Shown: positions 1 through 9,264 of the stretch, one piece after another
Numbering within the stretch: the stretch's first letter is position 1
How the letters are laid out: each line of letters starts with the position of its first letter
Assembly (NCBI GenBank): GCA_011774835.1
Contig: JAACAK010000113.1
Span: 5,029 to 69,028, forward strand
DNA length: 64,000 nucleotides
Direction: 5' to 3'
Origin: Candidatus Kutchimonas denitrificans
GTDB taxonomy: Bacteria > Gemmatimonadota > Gemmatimonadetes > Palauibacterales > KS3-K002
Notes under the pieces: generated by a model
The model's input: only the letters and a program-made list of their open reading frames with translations
What the model was told of the DNA's origin: nothing
Database searches by the model: none
Translations under genes and position numbers: made by a program

Positions 1-687
1 GCCTTAGCCCGATCGCTCCCGCCGGAACTCGGCTCGCTGGCCCGGGCCAGCGAGTTGCGCAGCGCCGGGGCCGGCGCCCTCGCCTGGCGGTTGGGCTGGC
101 CGGAGCTCGACGAGCTGCTGGGCGGCGTGCCCCGGGGGCAGCTGAGCGAGTGGGCGGGCCCGCGGTCGGCGGGGAAGACGGCGGCGCTGCGGCGGCTGGT
201 GGCGACGGTTCTGGAGGCGGGGGCGGGCGCCGCCTACGTGGACGGGGCGGGGACGCTGACGCCAGCGGCCTGGATCCAGGGCCGCCTGGGCCCGGGTGCG
301 GGTGCGGCGCCATTCTGGGTGGTGCGGCCGCCGGAGCCGGCGGGCGTGCTCGCGGCGACGGACGAGCTGGTCCGGAGCGGCGCCTTCGGGCTGGTGATCG
401 CCGAGGGGGCCGACTGGTCACGCGTTCCCGCCGTCCGGCTGCAGCGCCTGGCCCGGGACACCGGGGCGGCACTGGTGGCGGTGGTGGCGCGAGCGGGGAA
501 GGTGCCGCTGGCCGGGCTCCGGGTGCAGTTCGCTTCCGAGCCCGGTTCCCGCGTCTACCGGGTCCGGGTCCGGGGTCAGCGGGCCCGGGAAGTCTCTTAC
601 GCGCAGGAGCTGCCTTACCGATTGCCCGGCGACTCCGGGTCAGCGGATCGTCGCGGTCTCGAGTCCGAGCCACGATACCGTCCGTAG
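1..687 (+). CDS. imuA: ImuA-like RecA-fold SOS-mutagenesis protein (5' end probably outside the window)
   Basis: The frame is open from nt 1, with no stop upstream of the listed start at 55. It has 'LDELLGGVPRGQLSEW', the P-loop-like 'GPRSAGKTAAL' and 'FGLVIAEG', typical of the ImuA/SulA-like family. An ImuB-like gene lies downstream on the same strand. Confidence 0.6.
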   Translation, partial: ALARSLPPELGSLARASELRSAGAGALAWRLGWPELDELLGGVPRGQLSEWAGPRSAGKTAALRRLVATVLEAGAGAAYVDGAGTLTPAAWIQGRLGPGAGAAPFWVVRPPEPAGVLAATDELVRSGAFGLVIAEGADWSRVPAVRLQRLARDTGAALVAVVARAGKVPLAGLRVQFASEPGSRVYRVRVRGQRAREVSYAQELPYRLPGDSGSADRRGLESEPRYRP

Positions 688-706
688 CGATCGGCCGTTC
701 GGTGAT

Positions 707-954
707 GGGAATCATCATTCCCGGAGGTCGGGATTCTGATTTCGGGAATATCCAGCTCTCTCCGAATTGTTGAAGCTGATTCGGGGAGTCGGGGCTTCGG
801 GGAATCGGGGAGGTAGGAGGTGACAGCCTGGCAGCCCTCGTCGCCAGCACTTCGTCTTTCCCCGAATCCCAGAATCCCCGAACCCGCTTCGGCAATTCGG
901 AGAGAACTCGAGCTTCCCCCAATCGGAATCCCGATATCCGATTTCGTGATTCCC
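707..954. repeat. Repeat family 1, copy A: ~248-bp imperfect long palindrome (MITE/REP-like)
   Basis: The left arm gggaatca...ttctctccgaattg...ttcgggg is the reverse complement of the right arm ccccgaa...caattcggagagaa...tgattccc. A second copy lies at 3392-3645. It starts 20 nt after the imuA stop. Confidence 0.85.
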
Positions 955-1101
955 ATCCCACAATTGCCGCGGCGGCTGTGAACCGGTAACATGCGCCTTC
1001 CGAGCGAGTTGTCGTCGTCCACCCGCCGGAGCATCGAACGAATCGCGAATGAGCAGCGCCCGCAGGTCGATCCAACCACTCGACACGGAGCCCCTCCCGC
1101 G

Positions 1102-3399
1102 ATGAGCCGCGACCCCATGTCCCGCTGGCACTGGGTGGCGATTATCGCCGTGGCGGCCATCGTGCTGACCATCCCGATCCACGCGGTGAAATGGATGGCC
1201 GACGATGATGATGAACGGTCGCGGGCCGGGCGTGATTCGGCGGCGACCTTCGTGGGACGCGAGTCGTGCGCCGAGTGCCACGAGGCGGCCACCGAGGCGT
1301 GGCGCGGGTCCGATCACGATCTGGCGATGGCGGTGGCCACGGACAGCACGGTTCTGGGCGATTTCGACGACGCGGTCTTCGAGTACGGCGACATCACGGC
1401 CCGCTTCTACCGTCGCGACGGCGGCTACTACGTCTATACCCAGGGCCCGGACGGCGAGCCGGCCGAGTTCGAGATCGCGTACACGTTCGGGCACGAGCCG
1501 CTGCAGGGTTATCTGATCCCGTTTCCCGGCGGCCGGCTCCAGTCGCTGACGATCGCCTGGGACGTCGAGCGCCGGGAGTGGTTCTATCTCTACCCCGGCG
1601 AGGAGATCCCGCCCGACGACTGGCTGCACTGGACGCGGGGCGCCCAGAACTGGAACGGCATGTGCGCCGAGTGCCATTCGACCAACCTGGTAAAGGGCTA
1701 CGACTTCGAGACGAAGACGTACGCGACCACGTGGTCGGAGATCGACGTGAGCTGCGAGGCGTGCCACGGACCCGGCTCGCGCCACGTCGACTGGGCGGAG
1801 GTCCCGCCGATGGCCCGGCCGGCGCTGGAGAACTACGGGCTCGTGATACCGACCGGCGGCATCAGCTCGCGCCAGCAGGTCGAGCTCTGCGCCCCCTGCC
1901 ACTCGCGGCGGTCGGTGCTGGGCGACTACGACCACACCCGGCCGGACCTTCTCGACAACATCGTGCCGACCGTGCTCGAGGAGGGGCTCTACCACGCCGA
2001 CGGCCAGATCCTGGACGAGGTGTACGTCTACGGCTCGTTCGTGCAGAGCAAGATGTTCCGGAACGACGTGCGCTGCAGCGATTGCCACGACGTTCACAGC
2101 CTGGAGCTTCACTTCGAGGGGAACGATCTGTGCGCCCAGTGCCACCTGGCCGACACCTACGACAGCTACGACCATCACTTCCACGAGGAGATCGTCGACG
2201 GCGAGCCGAGCGAGGCGGTGCTGTGCGTGAAGTGCCACATGCCGGAGCAGCCCTACATGGTCATCGACTGGCGCGCCGACCACAGCCTGCGGGTACCGCG
2301 CCCCGACCTCACCCTCGCGATCGGCGTCCCCAACGCCTGCGCGCAGAGCGGCTGCCACGACGACGAGACCGACGAATGGAACGCGAGACACTACGAGGAC
2401 TGGTACGGCAAGGCGCGGAAGCCGCACTACGGGACCGTGCTGGCCGCCGGGCGCCGCGCCGACCGGGCGGCCGAGCCGGACCTGGCTCGACTGGCCGGCG
2501 ACCCGCTCTACCCGGCGATCGTCCGCGCCACCGCCCTCACCCTGCTGGCCACCTACCCGGGGGACTCCAGCGCCTCGGCCTTCAACCGTGCGCTGCAGGA
2601 CGAGGAGGCGCTGGTCCGTTACGCCGCGGTCTCCAACATCAACCCGCCGGACGCCGAGCGGCGGGTCGAGCAGGTGGCGCCGCTCCTCTTCGATCCCGTG
2701 CTGGCCGTCCGTATCCATGCGGCGTCGCGGCTGGCCGGCACGCCGAGCGAGCTGCTGAAACCGTATCAGCGAGCGAGGCTGGACACGGCCCTCGCCGAGT
2801 ACGTGAGCGCGATGGAGTACTCCCTCGATTTCGCCTTCGCCGGCCACAACCTGGGCAACGTGTACGCCAGCCTCGGCGCGCCGGAAAAGGCCGAGACCTA
2901 TTACCGGGCGGCGATCGAGATCGACCACCTCTTCTATCCGGCGAAGGCGAACCTGGCCGTGGTCCTCAACTCGCAGGGGAGGAACGCCGAGGCCGAGTCG
3001 CTGCTGCGCCAGGTGCTGGAGGACTATCCCGACCAGCATGACGCGCAGTACTCGTTGGGGCTGCTGTTGGCCGAGATGGAGCGGATGGAAGAAGCCGCGG
3101 AGTTTCTGGGTCGGGCGGCGCGGGGGATGCCCGACCGGGCGCGGGTGCACTACAACCACGCGCTCGTGCTGCAGAGAGTCGGGCGCGATGACGAAGTGGA
3201 GGCGGCGCTGCTCCGGTCGCTGAACCTGGCGCCCGAGAACCTCGACTTCCTCTACGCCCTCGCCGACTTCTACGTGCAGCGCGGTCGGCTACGCGAAGCG
3301 CTGCCCATCGCCGAGCGCATGATCGAGGCGCACCCGGAAAACCCGGTCGGCCGCGAGGTGAGGGTCTATATCGAGAGGGAGCTTCGGGGAGGGGAATGA
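1102..3399 (+). CDS. Multihaem c-type cytochrome (7 CXXCH + 1 CX4CH) with C-terminal TPR repeats, membrane-anchored or secreted
   Basis: Haem motifs CAECH, CAECH, CEACH, CAPCH, CSDCH, CAQCH, CVKCH and CAQSGCH. N-terminal hydrophobic segment 'WHWVAIIAVAAIVLTIPIH'. TPR-like C-terminal part (YYRAAIEIDHLFYPAKANLA..., HYNHALVLQRVGR). Start chosen at the ATG at 1102 (MSRDPMSRW) rather than the ORF-track 991. Confidence 0.85.
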   Translation: MSRDPMSRWHWVAIIAVAAIVLTIPIHAVKWMADDDDERSRAGRDSAATFVGRESCAECHEAATEAWRGSDHDLAMAVATDSTVLGDFDDAVFEYGDITARFYRRDGGYYVYTQGPDGEPAEFEIAYTFGHEPLQGYLIPFPGGRLQSLTIAWDVERREWFYLYPGEEIPPDDWLHWTRGAQNWNGMCAECHSTNLVKGYDFETKTYATTWSEIDVSCEACHGPGSRHVDWAEVPPMARPALENYGLVIPTGGISSRQQVELCAPCHSRRSVLGDYDHTRPDLLDNIVPTVLEEGLYHADGQILDEVYVYGSFVQSKMFRNDVRCSDCHDVHSLELHFEGNDLCAQCHLADTYDSYDHHFHEEIVDGEPSEAVLCVKCHMPEQPYMVIDWRADHSLRVPRPDLTLAIGVPNACAQSGCHDDETDEWNARHYEDWYGKARKPHYGTVLAAGRRADRAAEPDLARLAGDPLYPAIVRATALTLLATYPGDSSASAFNRALQDEEALVRYAAVSNINPPDAERRVEQVAPLLFDPVLAVRIHAASRLAGTPSELLKPYQRARLDTALAEYVSAMEYSLDFAFAGHNLGNVYASLGAPEKAETYYRAAIEIDHLFYPAKANLAVVLNSQGRNAEAESLLRQVLEDYPDQHDAQYSLGLLLAEMERMEEAAEFLGRAARGMPDRARVHYNHALVLQRVGRDDEVEAALLRSLNLAPENLDFLYALADFYVQRGRLREALPIAERMIEAHPENPVGREVRVYIERELRGGE

Positions 3400-3645
3400 T
3401 GATTCTCAGAGGTCGGGAATCTGACTTCGGGAATCTTTAGTTCTCTCCGAATTGCCGAAGGCGATTCGGTGATTCGGGGATTCGGGGCATCGGGGAAAGA
3501 CGAAGTGCTCGCGAGGAGGACTACGCGCCTGTTACCTCCCACCTCCCCGACCCCCCGATTCACCGAATCTCGAATCCGCTTCAGCAATTCGGAGAGAACT
3601 CGACCTTCCCCAAATCAGAATCCCGATATCCAATTTCGGATTCCC
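3392..3645. repeat. Repeat family 1, copy B: ~254 bp, central segment inverted relative to copy A
   Basis: The arms align with copy A at about 75% by eye. The central ~50 bp (ggggaaagacgaagtgctcgcg...ctgttacctcccacctcc) is the reverse complement of the copy A centre. Its first bases overlap the cytochrome TGA (3397-3399) and its last base overlaps the stop of the convergent lipid-kinase gene (3645-3647). Confidence 0.85.
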
Positions 3646-4571
3646 TAACTCAAAGGGGCTGTCTCGGGCAGGTGAAACGCCAGCGCCTTCCCCAGCAGCT
3701 CGAACTCGAACTTCGTGTCCTTCAGCGGCTCGCCGTCCAGGTTGATGTACATCGACTCCGGCACCTCGATCGTCAGCGAGTCCGTCCGCCAGCTCTCCAT
3801 CTCGCTTTCGATTGCCCCTCGCCCTTCTCGCAGCAGCGCGACGATCCGCTCGACCCGCTGCTCCGCCGCCGGCGCGGGCAGCACCGAAACGTCCAGCTGA
3901 CCGTCGTCGAGGAGCGCGTCCGGACACAGCGGGATGCCGCCGCCGGCGAAGCGCCCGTTGCCCACCGCCAGCGCGATCAGCTCGCCCTCCCACGACAAGT
4001 CGGGGCCGCTCAGCTTCGCCTCCACCGGCTGGATGTCCAGGAAGCGCCGTAGCCCGGTGAGCAGGTAGGCGGCGCTGCCCAGCACCTTCTTCAGGTCCTC
4101 GTTCGTCTCGGCGATGATCTCGGTGCCGCTGCCGCCCGAGGCGAGGTTGACGAAGAGGCGGCCGTTGACCTTTCCCACATCGATCGGCACCGGCTCGGTG
4201 TCCGTTACGATCGTCAGCGCGGCGAACGGGTCTTCCAGCGGTATGCCGCAGGCTCGCGCGAAATCGTTGCCGGTCCCCAGGGGGAGCAGCCCCATCGCGC
4301 GGGGCGCGTCCTCTCGATCGGCCAGCAGCCCGGTCGCTACCTCGTTCAGCGTGCCGTCGCCGCCCCCCGCCACCATGACCTCCACCCCGGCCTCCGCCGC
4401 CTCCCGGGCGAAGCGTTCGGCGTCGCCCGGCTCCCAGGTCACCCGGACCTCGACCTCGTGCCCGGCCGCGCGAACCCCCTCCACTGCTTCGCGGACGGCC
4501 GGTTCCCGGGCCACCTTGCCGTGAAGGATGAGCCGCAACCAGCGTCCGTCGCTCTTCTTCTTGGTCGGCAT
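3645..4571 (-). CDS. Diacylglycerol-kinase-catalytic-domain lipid kinase (YegS/BmrU-like)
   Basis: 'VMVAGGGDGTLNEVATGL', 'LPLGTGNDFAR' and 'GGGIPLCPDALLDDGQLDV' are hallmark DAGK_cat / YegS-family motifs. Confidence 0.85.
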   Translation of the reverse strand: MPTKKKSDGRWLRLILHGKVAREPAVREAVEGVRAAGHEVEVRVTWEPGDAERFAREAAEAGVEVMVAGGGDGTLNEVATGLLADREDAPRAMGLLPLGTGNDFARACGIPLEDPFAALTIVTDTEPVPIDVGKVNGRLFVNLASGGSGTEIIAETNEDLKKVLGSAAYLLTGLRRFLDIQPVEAKLSGPDLSWEGELIALAVGNGRFAGGGIPLCPDALLDDGQLDVSVLPAPAAEQRVERIVALLREGRGAIESEMESWRTDSLTIEVPESMYINLDGEPLKDTKFEFELLGKALAFHLPETAPLS

Positions 4572-4755
4572 CGGTGTCCGTTCTCGGGTTCGCTGTTGGT
4601 GCGGCGATGATTGGGTGGAGGGATAATAGCGGGCGCCGTGCGAGGGGCAATCGCCGGTGCCTCCTGGGGGCGCGAGAGATGCTTGCCCGTCCGTTATTTT
4701 CGGTTTATCTTCGGGACCCCCGGGTCATGTCGCTAAACTTCCAACACGGATCGCC

Positions 4756-6366
4756 ATGTCACCCAGGACCCATCGCGTCGCTCATCTGCGGATCCCCGAT
4801 TTCCCCATCGTCGCCCACCTGCGAACGGAGGCCGGGGGGTCTGAGAGCCCGCCCGGAATCCCCGAATCACCTTCGCTGACTCCCAACATAGTCGTGAGAG
4901 GCGAGGGTGCCCGGGCCGAAGTGATGGCAGCCACGCCAGCGGCTCGGCAGGCCGGTATCGCTGTGGGAATGCGGGCCGCGGACGCCCGGGGCCTGATCGC
5001 GGACCTGCGGGAGTGGACCTGGTCGCCGGCGCTGTACGACGAGCTCGGCACCGAGCTGGCCGCAGCGCTCCTCGCCGCATCGCCGCTGGTGAGCCGGGCG
5101 GGCCCCGGCGCCTTCCGGCTGGACGCCGGCGGTTGGGACCGCCGGGGCGGAGAGGAGGCGTTCGTCGAGGCGGCGCGCGCGGCGGCGCTGGCGGCGGGCT
5201 ATCCCGAGGCCCGGGTGGGCGTGGCCGACACGCCAGTGGCGGCCCGGGCGGCGGCCTGGCTGCGGGAGCGCGCGGCGTACCGGGTGCCGCCGGGCGGGGA
5301 CGCGGACTTCCTGGCGAAGCGCCCGCTGTCGGTCCTGCCGGTCTCCGCCGATCTGCTGGAGCTGCTGGAGGCGCTGGGGCTGGAGACGGTGGGCGAGCTG
5401 GCGGCGCTGGAGGCGGGCGAGGTGGAATCGCGGCTGGGGCGGGAAGGGGCCCGAGCGCACCGCTGGGCCCGGGGGCTGGACGACGGCCGGGAGGGTCCGT
5501 TCCCCCGACGCCACCAGGAAGGGTGGGCGGCGGAGGTCGAGCTCCCCGGCCCCGTCGAGCGGCTCGAGCCGCTGCTCTTTCTGTTGAAGTCCTGCCTCGA
5601 CAACCTGTCGACCGCTCTGGCCGCCGAGGGGCTGTGCGCCCGGGGACTGCGGCTGACGATCGAGACCGAGGAGGGTTCGGCGCGGAAGCGGGTACGGCCC
5701 GCCCGGCCGACCCGTCAGGTGGCGATGCTTCTCTCCCTCAGCCGGGGCGTCCTGGGCGACCTGCGGCTCCCCGGCCGGGCGCTGGCGATCCGGGTCGAGG
5801 TGGAGGAGGCGGTCCCGGCGCTGGCCGAGCAGATCGATCTGTTCGAGGCGGCCCGGCCCGACCCGGACGCGTTAGCGACCGCCCTGACTCGGCTCCAGGG
5901 CCGCTGGGGGCCCGAATCGGTGGTGCGCCCGATCCCGTTCGCCAGCCATCGGCCGGAACGGCAGGGCCGCTGGGAACCGGTCGACCTGATGAAGGAGATC
6001 CGGCGCCGCGGTCCGTTGCTCGACGGCAACAGCGCTAAGGGTGAGGAGGCTGGTGAGGGTCCCGTCGCCCTGGCCCTGGTCCTGCGGCTCTGGCCGCGGC
6101 CGCGCCCCATCGAGGTGCGGATCGACGGCGGCCGACCGGGCGCGGTGGCCCTGGACGACGGCTGGCGGACGGTCCGCGCGCTGCAGGGACCCGAACGCCT
6201 CTCCGGCGACTGGTGGGAGGACGAGTACCGGCGCGAGTACTACCGGCTGAGCACCGAGGCCGGCGACCTGTTGTGGGTCTTCTGGGATCCTCGTACTCGA
6301 GTGCCACCGGCACTCCCCAGGACGCCCAATTCGTTGCCTCTTGGCGGTCTGAGTAGCATCTTTTGA
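4756..6366 (+). CDS. imuB: ImuB-like (catalytically inactive Y-family polymerase homologue)
   Basis: The N-terminus 'VAHLRIPDFPIVAHL' lacks the acidic catalytic motif of DinB. The C-terminus 'ERLSGDWWEDEYRREYYRLSTEAGDLLWVFWD' resembles the ImuB tail. Start at the ATG at 4756 (MSPRTHR). Confidence 0.7.
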   Translation: MSPRTHRVAHLRIPDFPIVAHLRTEAGGSESPPGIPESPSLTPNIVVRGEGARAEVMAATPAARQAGIAVGMRAADARGLIADLREWTWSPALYDELGTELAAALLAASPLVSRAGPGAFRLDAGGWDRRGGEEAFVEAARAAALAAGYPEARVGVADTPVAARAAAWLRERAAYRVPPGGDADFLAKRPLSVLPVSADLLELLEALGLETVGELAALEAGEVESRLGREGARAHRWARGLDDGREGPFPRRHQEGWAAEVELPGPVERLEPLLFLLKSCLDNLSTALAAEGLCARGLRLTIETEEGSARKRVRPARPTRQVAMLLSLSRGVLGDLRLPGRALAIRVEVEEAVPALAEQIDLFEAARPDPDALATALTRLQGRWGPESVVRPIPFASHRPERQGRWEPVDLMKEIRRRGPLLDGNSAKGEEAGEGPVALALVLRLWPRPRPIEVRIDGGRPGAVALDDGWRTVRALQGPERLSGDWWEDEYRREYYRLSTEAGDLLWVFWDPRTRVPPALPRTPNSLPLGGLSSIF

Positions 6367-6405
6367 GCGGCCCCACCATCAACCCAACTCCCGCTGGTCA
6401 TCGCG

Positions 6406-8475
6406 ATGTCCGGTCTCAGACGGCTAATCGTCGAAGCCCACCGCCGCTCGCTGTGGCAGGTGCTGCTGATCTACGTCGGTGCGGCCTGGGCCTGCTTCGA
6501 GCTGATCGACGCTGTGACCGAGCGGCTGGGGCTTCCTGCCTGGCTGCCCGGCCTCGCCATCGTGCTCTTCTTGCTCGGGCTGCCGTTCGTTGTCGCCACC
6601 GCGTGCGTGCGCGACGAGATCGGTCCGCTAACGGAGGAGCGGCCTAGCCCTGAGGCCGCGTCGGTAGAGGCCGAGCGAGAAGCAACACGTCGCCAGCGAA
6701 GACTCCTAACCTGGCGGAACGCGGCTGCCAGCTTCGTGGTGGCGCTGGCGGTGTGGGGTGTCGCGGCCTTCGGTTGGCTCGTGTTGGGCGAAGCCCGGAG
6801 CGAGCGAGGGGACGATGCGGGGGCGCGTCCTGCCGTGGCCGCTCTCCCGTTCGTCAACTTGAGCGGACGCGAAGAGGACGCCTACTTCACGGACGGTATC
6901 CACGGCGAGATCCTGACCCAGCTGCAGAAGATCGGCGGCCTCAAAGTCATCTCGCGGACTTCGGTGGTGGGGTATCGCGATAGCCCGAAGAACGCCCGTC
7001 AGATCGGTTCGGAGTTGAACGCCGGATACCTGCTGGAGGGCGAGATCCTGCGCGCCGCCGACCAGGTCCGGGTCAACGTCCAGCTGATCGACGCTCGAAC
7101 CGATGAGCACCTCTGGGCGGAAATCTACGATCACGAGATGTCGATCGAGAGCTTGCTTGACGTACAGGGCGAGATCGCGCGCCAGATCGCGCTGGCCCTC
7201 AGGACCGAGTTGACGCCGGAGGAGCGTGCCCGGATCGAGGCGCGACCCACGGACAACATGGAGGCATACCAAGCCTATCTCCGCGGTCAGTACTTCATGG
7301 ACTTGCCGCACTTCACCGAGGATGACCTGAATCGAGCACTGGAGGAGTTCGAGCGCGCCGTGGAGCTCGATTCCGCCTTCGCGCTGGCCCACGCCGAGCT
7401 GGCCCTGGCTCAGGCCCAAAAGGTCTACTACTGGGTCGACGCATCCCAGCGTCAACGCGATCTGGCTACGCGTACGGCGCAGCGGGCAGCACGTGTCGCG
7501 CCCGAGTCTCCCGACGTGCAGCTCGCGCTGGGCCTCTATCATCTCTGGCTCAACCGGGACCCGGAGCGGGCGCTGGAGGAGATCGACCGGGCCGCGGAGA
7601 ATTTGCCCGATAGGAAGCGGGTGCTGGTCGCTCGGACCGCCGTCTATGAGGTGCAGGGGAAGTTTGAAGAAGCGATGGATTTGTGTCGGGAGGCGCTGGA
7701 ACTGAGCCCGAGGGACGCGTCGATTCACACTTCCATCGCCTCTTACAACTGGCTGCTGAGGCGCTACGAGCAGGCGGAGGCCGAAGCCGAACAGGCGATG
7801 ACGCTGGCGCCGGACCAAATGTGGCCGAGGCTGTACAAGGCGTTCATCATCTGGAGCGACCGGGGGGCAGACGATGAGAGCGAAGCGATTCTGGATGCGC
7901 TGCCGCACGAGAACCCTTGGGTCCGGTGGGCGCGGTACTGGCAGCGGATGTCTCAGGATCGGTACACGGACGCTCTGGACGTGCTCTCGGAGAGCGAGTC
8001 CGAATGGATTCGCCTGAAGACGTGGGCACGACCCCACGCGCTGCTGGCGGCCTGGGCCTACCGGGCGATGGGCCAGGCGGACCGAGCGAGCCAGCTGTTC
8101 GAGGAGGCGCGACTGGCTTTGTTACGAGAACTGGAGACGCAGGCCGAAGACCCGCGATACCACAGCTCGCTGGGGCTGGCCTACGCTGAGTTAGGGCAGA
8201 CTGAGCGCGCGCTGCGCGAAGGCGAACGTGCGGTGGAACTTCTGCCCCGTTCGACCGACGCCTTTTACGGCATCCCGTATCTGCTGGACCAGGCTGCCAT
8301 CTCTGCGATGGTTGGTGACGAAGACATCGCCTTGGACCAGATCGAGCACCTTCTCACGATTCCTTCCTGGGTCTCCCGGATGTGGCTGGAGGGCGATTTC
8401 CGCTTCGACACGCTGCGGGAAAGCCCGCGCTTCCAGGCGCTGCTGGACCAGTACCCGCAGCCCGCCAGCAACTGA
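6406..8475 (+). CDS. Membrane-anchored TolB-N-like / TPR repeat protein
   Basis: N-terminal TM helices. 'ALPFVNLSGREEDAYFTDGIHGEILTQLQKIGGLKVISRTS' is the TolB_N-like module seen in BTAD/cyclase-associated TPR proteins. A long TPR region follows. Confidence 0.7.
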   Translation: MSGLRRLIVEAHRRSLWQVLLIYVGAAWACFELIDAVTERLGLPAWLPGLAIVLFLLGLPFVVATACVRDEIGPLTEERPSPEAASVEAEREATRRQRRLLTWRNAAASFVVALAVWGVAAFGWLVLGEARSERGDDAGARPAVAALPFVNLSGREEDAYFTDGIHGEILTQLQKIGGLKVISRTSVVGYRDSPKNARQIGSELNAGYLLEGEILRAADQVRVNVQLIDARTDEHLWAEIYDHEMSIESLLDVQGEIARQIALALRTELTPEERARIEARPTDNMEAYQAYLRGQYFMDLPHFTEDDLNRALEEFERAVELDSAFALAHAELALAQAQKVYYWVDASQRQRDLATRTAQRAARVAPESPDVQLALGLYHLWLNRDPERALEEIDRAAENLPDRKRVLVARTAVYEVQGKFEEAMDLCREALELSPRDASIHTSIASYNWLLRRYEQAEAEAEQAMTLAPDQMWPRLYKAFIIWSDRGADDESEAILDALPHENPWVRWARYWQRMSQDRYTDALDVLSESESEWIRLKTWARPHALLAAWAYRAMGQADRASQLFEEARLALLRELETQAEDPRYHSSLGLAYAELGQTERALREGERAVELLPRSTDAFYGIPYLLDQAAISAMVGDEDIALDQIEHLLTIPSWVSRMWLEGDFRFDTLRESPRFQALLDQYPQPASN

Positions 8476-8673
8476 CTGTCGGATAACCGCCAGCCCCGGA
8501 GACAGTCACGACGATGCGGTTGCCGTCCTCGGCATGAGTCGGCGTCCGCCCTCGTCATTTCGGTTCTGGGCATCGCATCCACATCGTACCTCCCCGCGGC
8601 TCGAGGGGCGTGCAGATTGTGTGGAGCACGATGTCGGCGTACCGTCATGGCAGCGGCAACGGGAAGGCAGCCG

Positions 8674-9159
8674 ATGGAACTAACGATCAACCGGGCCGAG
8701 CGAGGCCACCTGCTGGTGGCGAAGAGTCGCATCTCCCGGAGCGTCGAGGAGGTGTTCGACTTCTTCGGCAACGCCCACAACCTGGAGCGCGTCACGCCGC
8801 CCTTCCTGCGCTTCGAGATCCTGACGCCGGACCCTGTCATCATGCGGCAGGGCGCGCTGCTCGATTACCGGTTGAACCTGCGCGGGATACCGCTCCATTG
8901 GCGCAGCGAGATCACGGTCTGGGAGCCGGGTCGCCGCTTCGTCGATACGCAGCTGAAGGGGCCGTACCGCTGGTGGGTGCACGAGCACCGCTTCGAGCCG
9001 ACCGACAGCGGCACGCTGATGACCGATCGGGTGGAGTACGGCGTTCCTGGCGGCGCGCTGGTCAATTTCCTGCTGGTCGGGCCCGACCTACGCCGCATCT
9101 GGGAGTACCGGGAGCAGGAGATGCGCCGCGCCCTGGAGCCGCGGCAGGTGGGCGGTTGA
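8674..9159 (+). CDS. SRPBCC (START/polyketide-cyclase-like) family protein
   Basis: 'SVEEVFDFFGNAHNLERVTPPFLRFEI...GIPLHWRSEITVWEPGRRFVDTQLKGPYRWWVHEHRF' is a typical SRPBCC/COG4276 pattern. The ATG at 8674 is preceded by GGAAGG. Confidence 0.7.
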   Translation: MELTINRAERGHLLVAKSRISRSVEEVFDFFGNAHNLERVTPPFLRFEILTPDPVIMRQGALLDYRLNLRGIPLHWRSEITVWEPGRRFVDTQLKGPYRWWVHEHRFEPTDSGTLMTDRVEYGVPGGALVNFLLVGPDLRRIWEYREQEMRRALEPRQVGG

Positions 9160-9264
9160 GCAGGCGCCGCACGGATGATCCTGTACCGGCTGGTGGGACT
9201 GAGATGCAAGTCCTAACATTGCCTTTGACGCCCAGATACCTCCACCTGCTGACGAGCACCGCCC

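Noticed and set aside
715-3159. 814-aa ORF antisense to the cytochrome gene
   Set aside because: The composition is Arg/Gly/Pro/His/Val-rich and low-complexity, with no motifs. The opposite strand carries eight haem-binding motifs and TPRs. This is a typical high-GC shadow ORF.
707-3645. Repeat families considered as a CRISPR array
   Set aside because: There are only two copies per family, each 150-250 bp, separated by kilobases of coding DNA. There is no short regular repeat-spacer periodicity and no cas genes.
4580-4591. GTTC-N4-GTTC near the yegS/imuB divergent region as a possible LexA/SOS box
   Set aside because: The spacing does not match any SOS-box consensus I know (GTTC-N7-GTTC, GAAC-N4-GTTC, CTGT-N8-ACAG). 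It also lies about 165 nt from the imuB start.
3532-4650. 372-aa ORF in another frame on the same strand as the lipid-kinase gene
   Set aside because: It is extremely Arg/Gly-rich with no family features. The 3645-4571 frame has clear DAGK/YegS motifs.
6367-8475. Expectation of dnaE2 downstream of imuB
   Set aside because: The downstream ORF is a TM/TolB-N/TPR protein. No PHP or polymerase-III alpha motifs occur anywhere in the window.
8473-8673. Possible read-through or Sec at the TGA ending the TPR protein, which is in the same frame as the downstream SRPBCC ORF
   Set aside because: The intervening 66 codons are Arg/Cys-rich with only moderate GC3 and no homology signal. The SRPBCC gene has its own SD and ATG at 8674.
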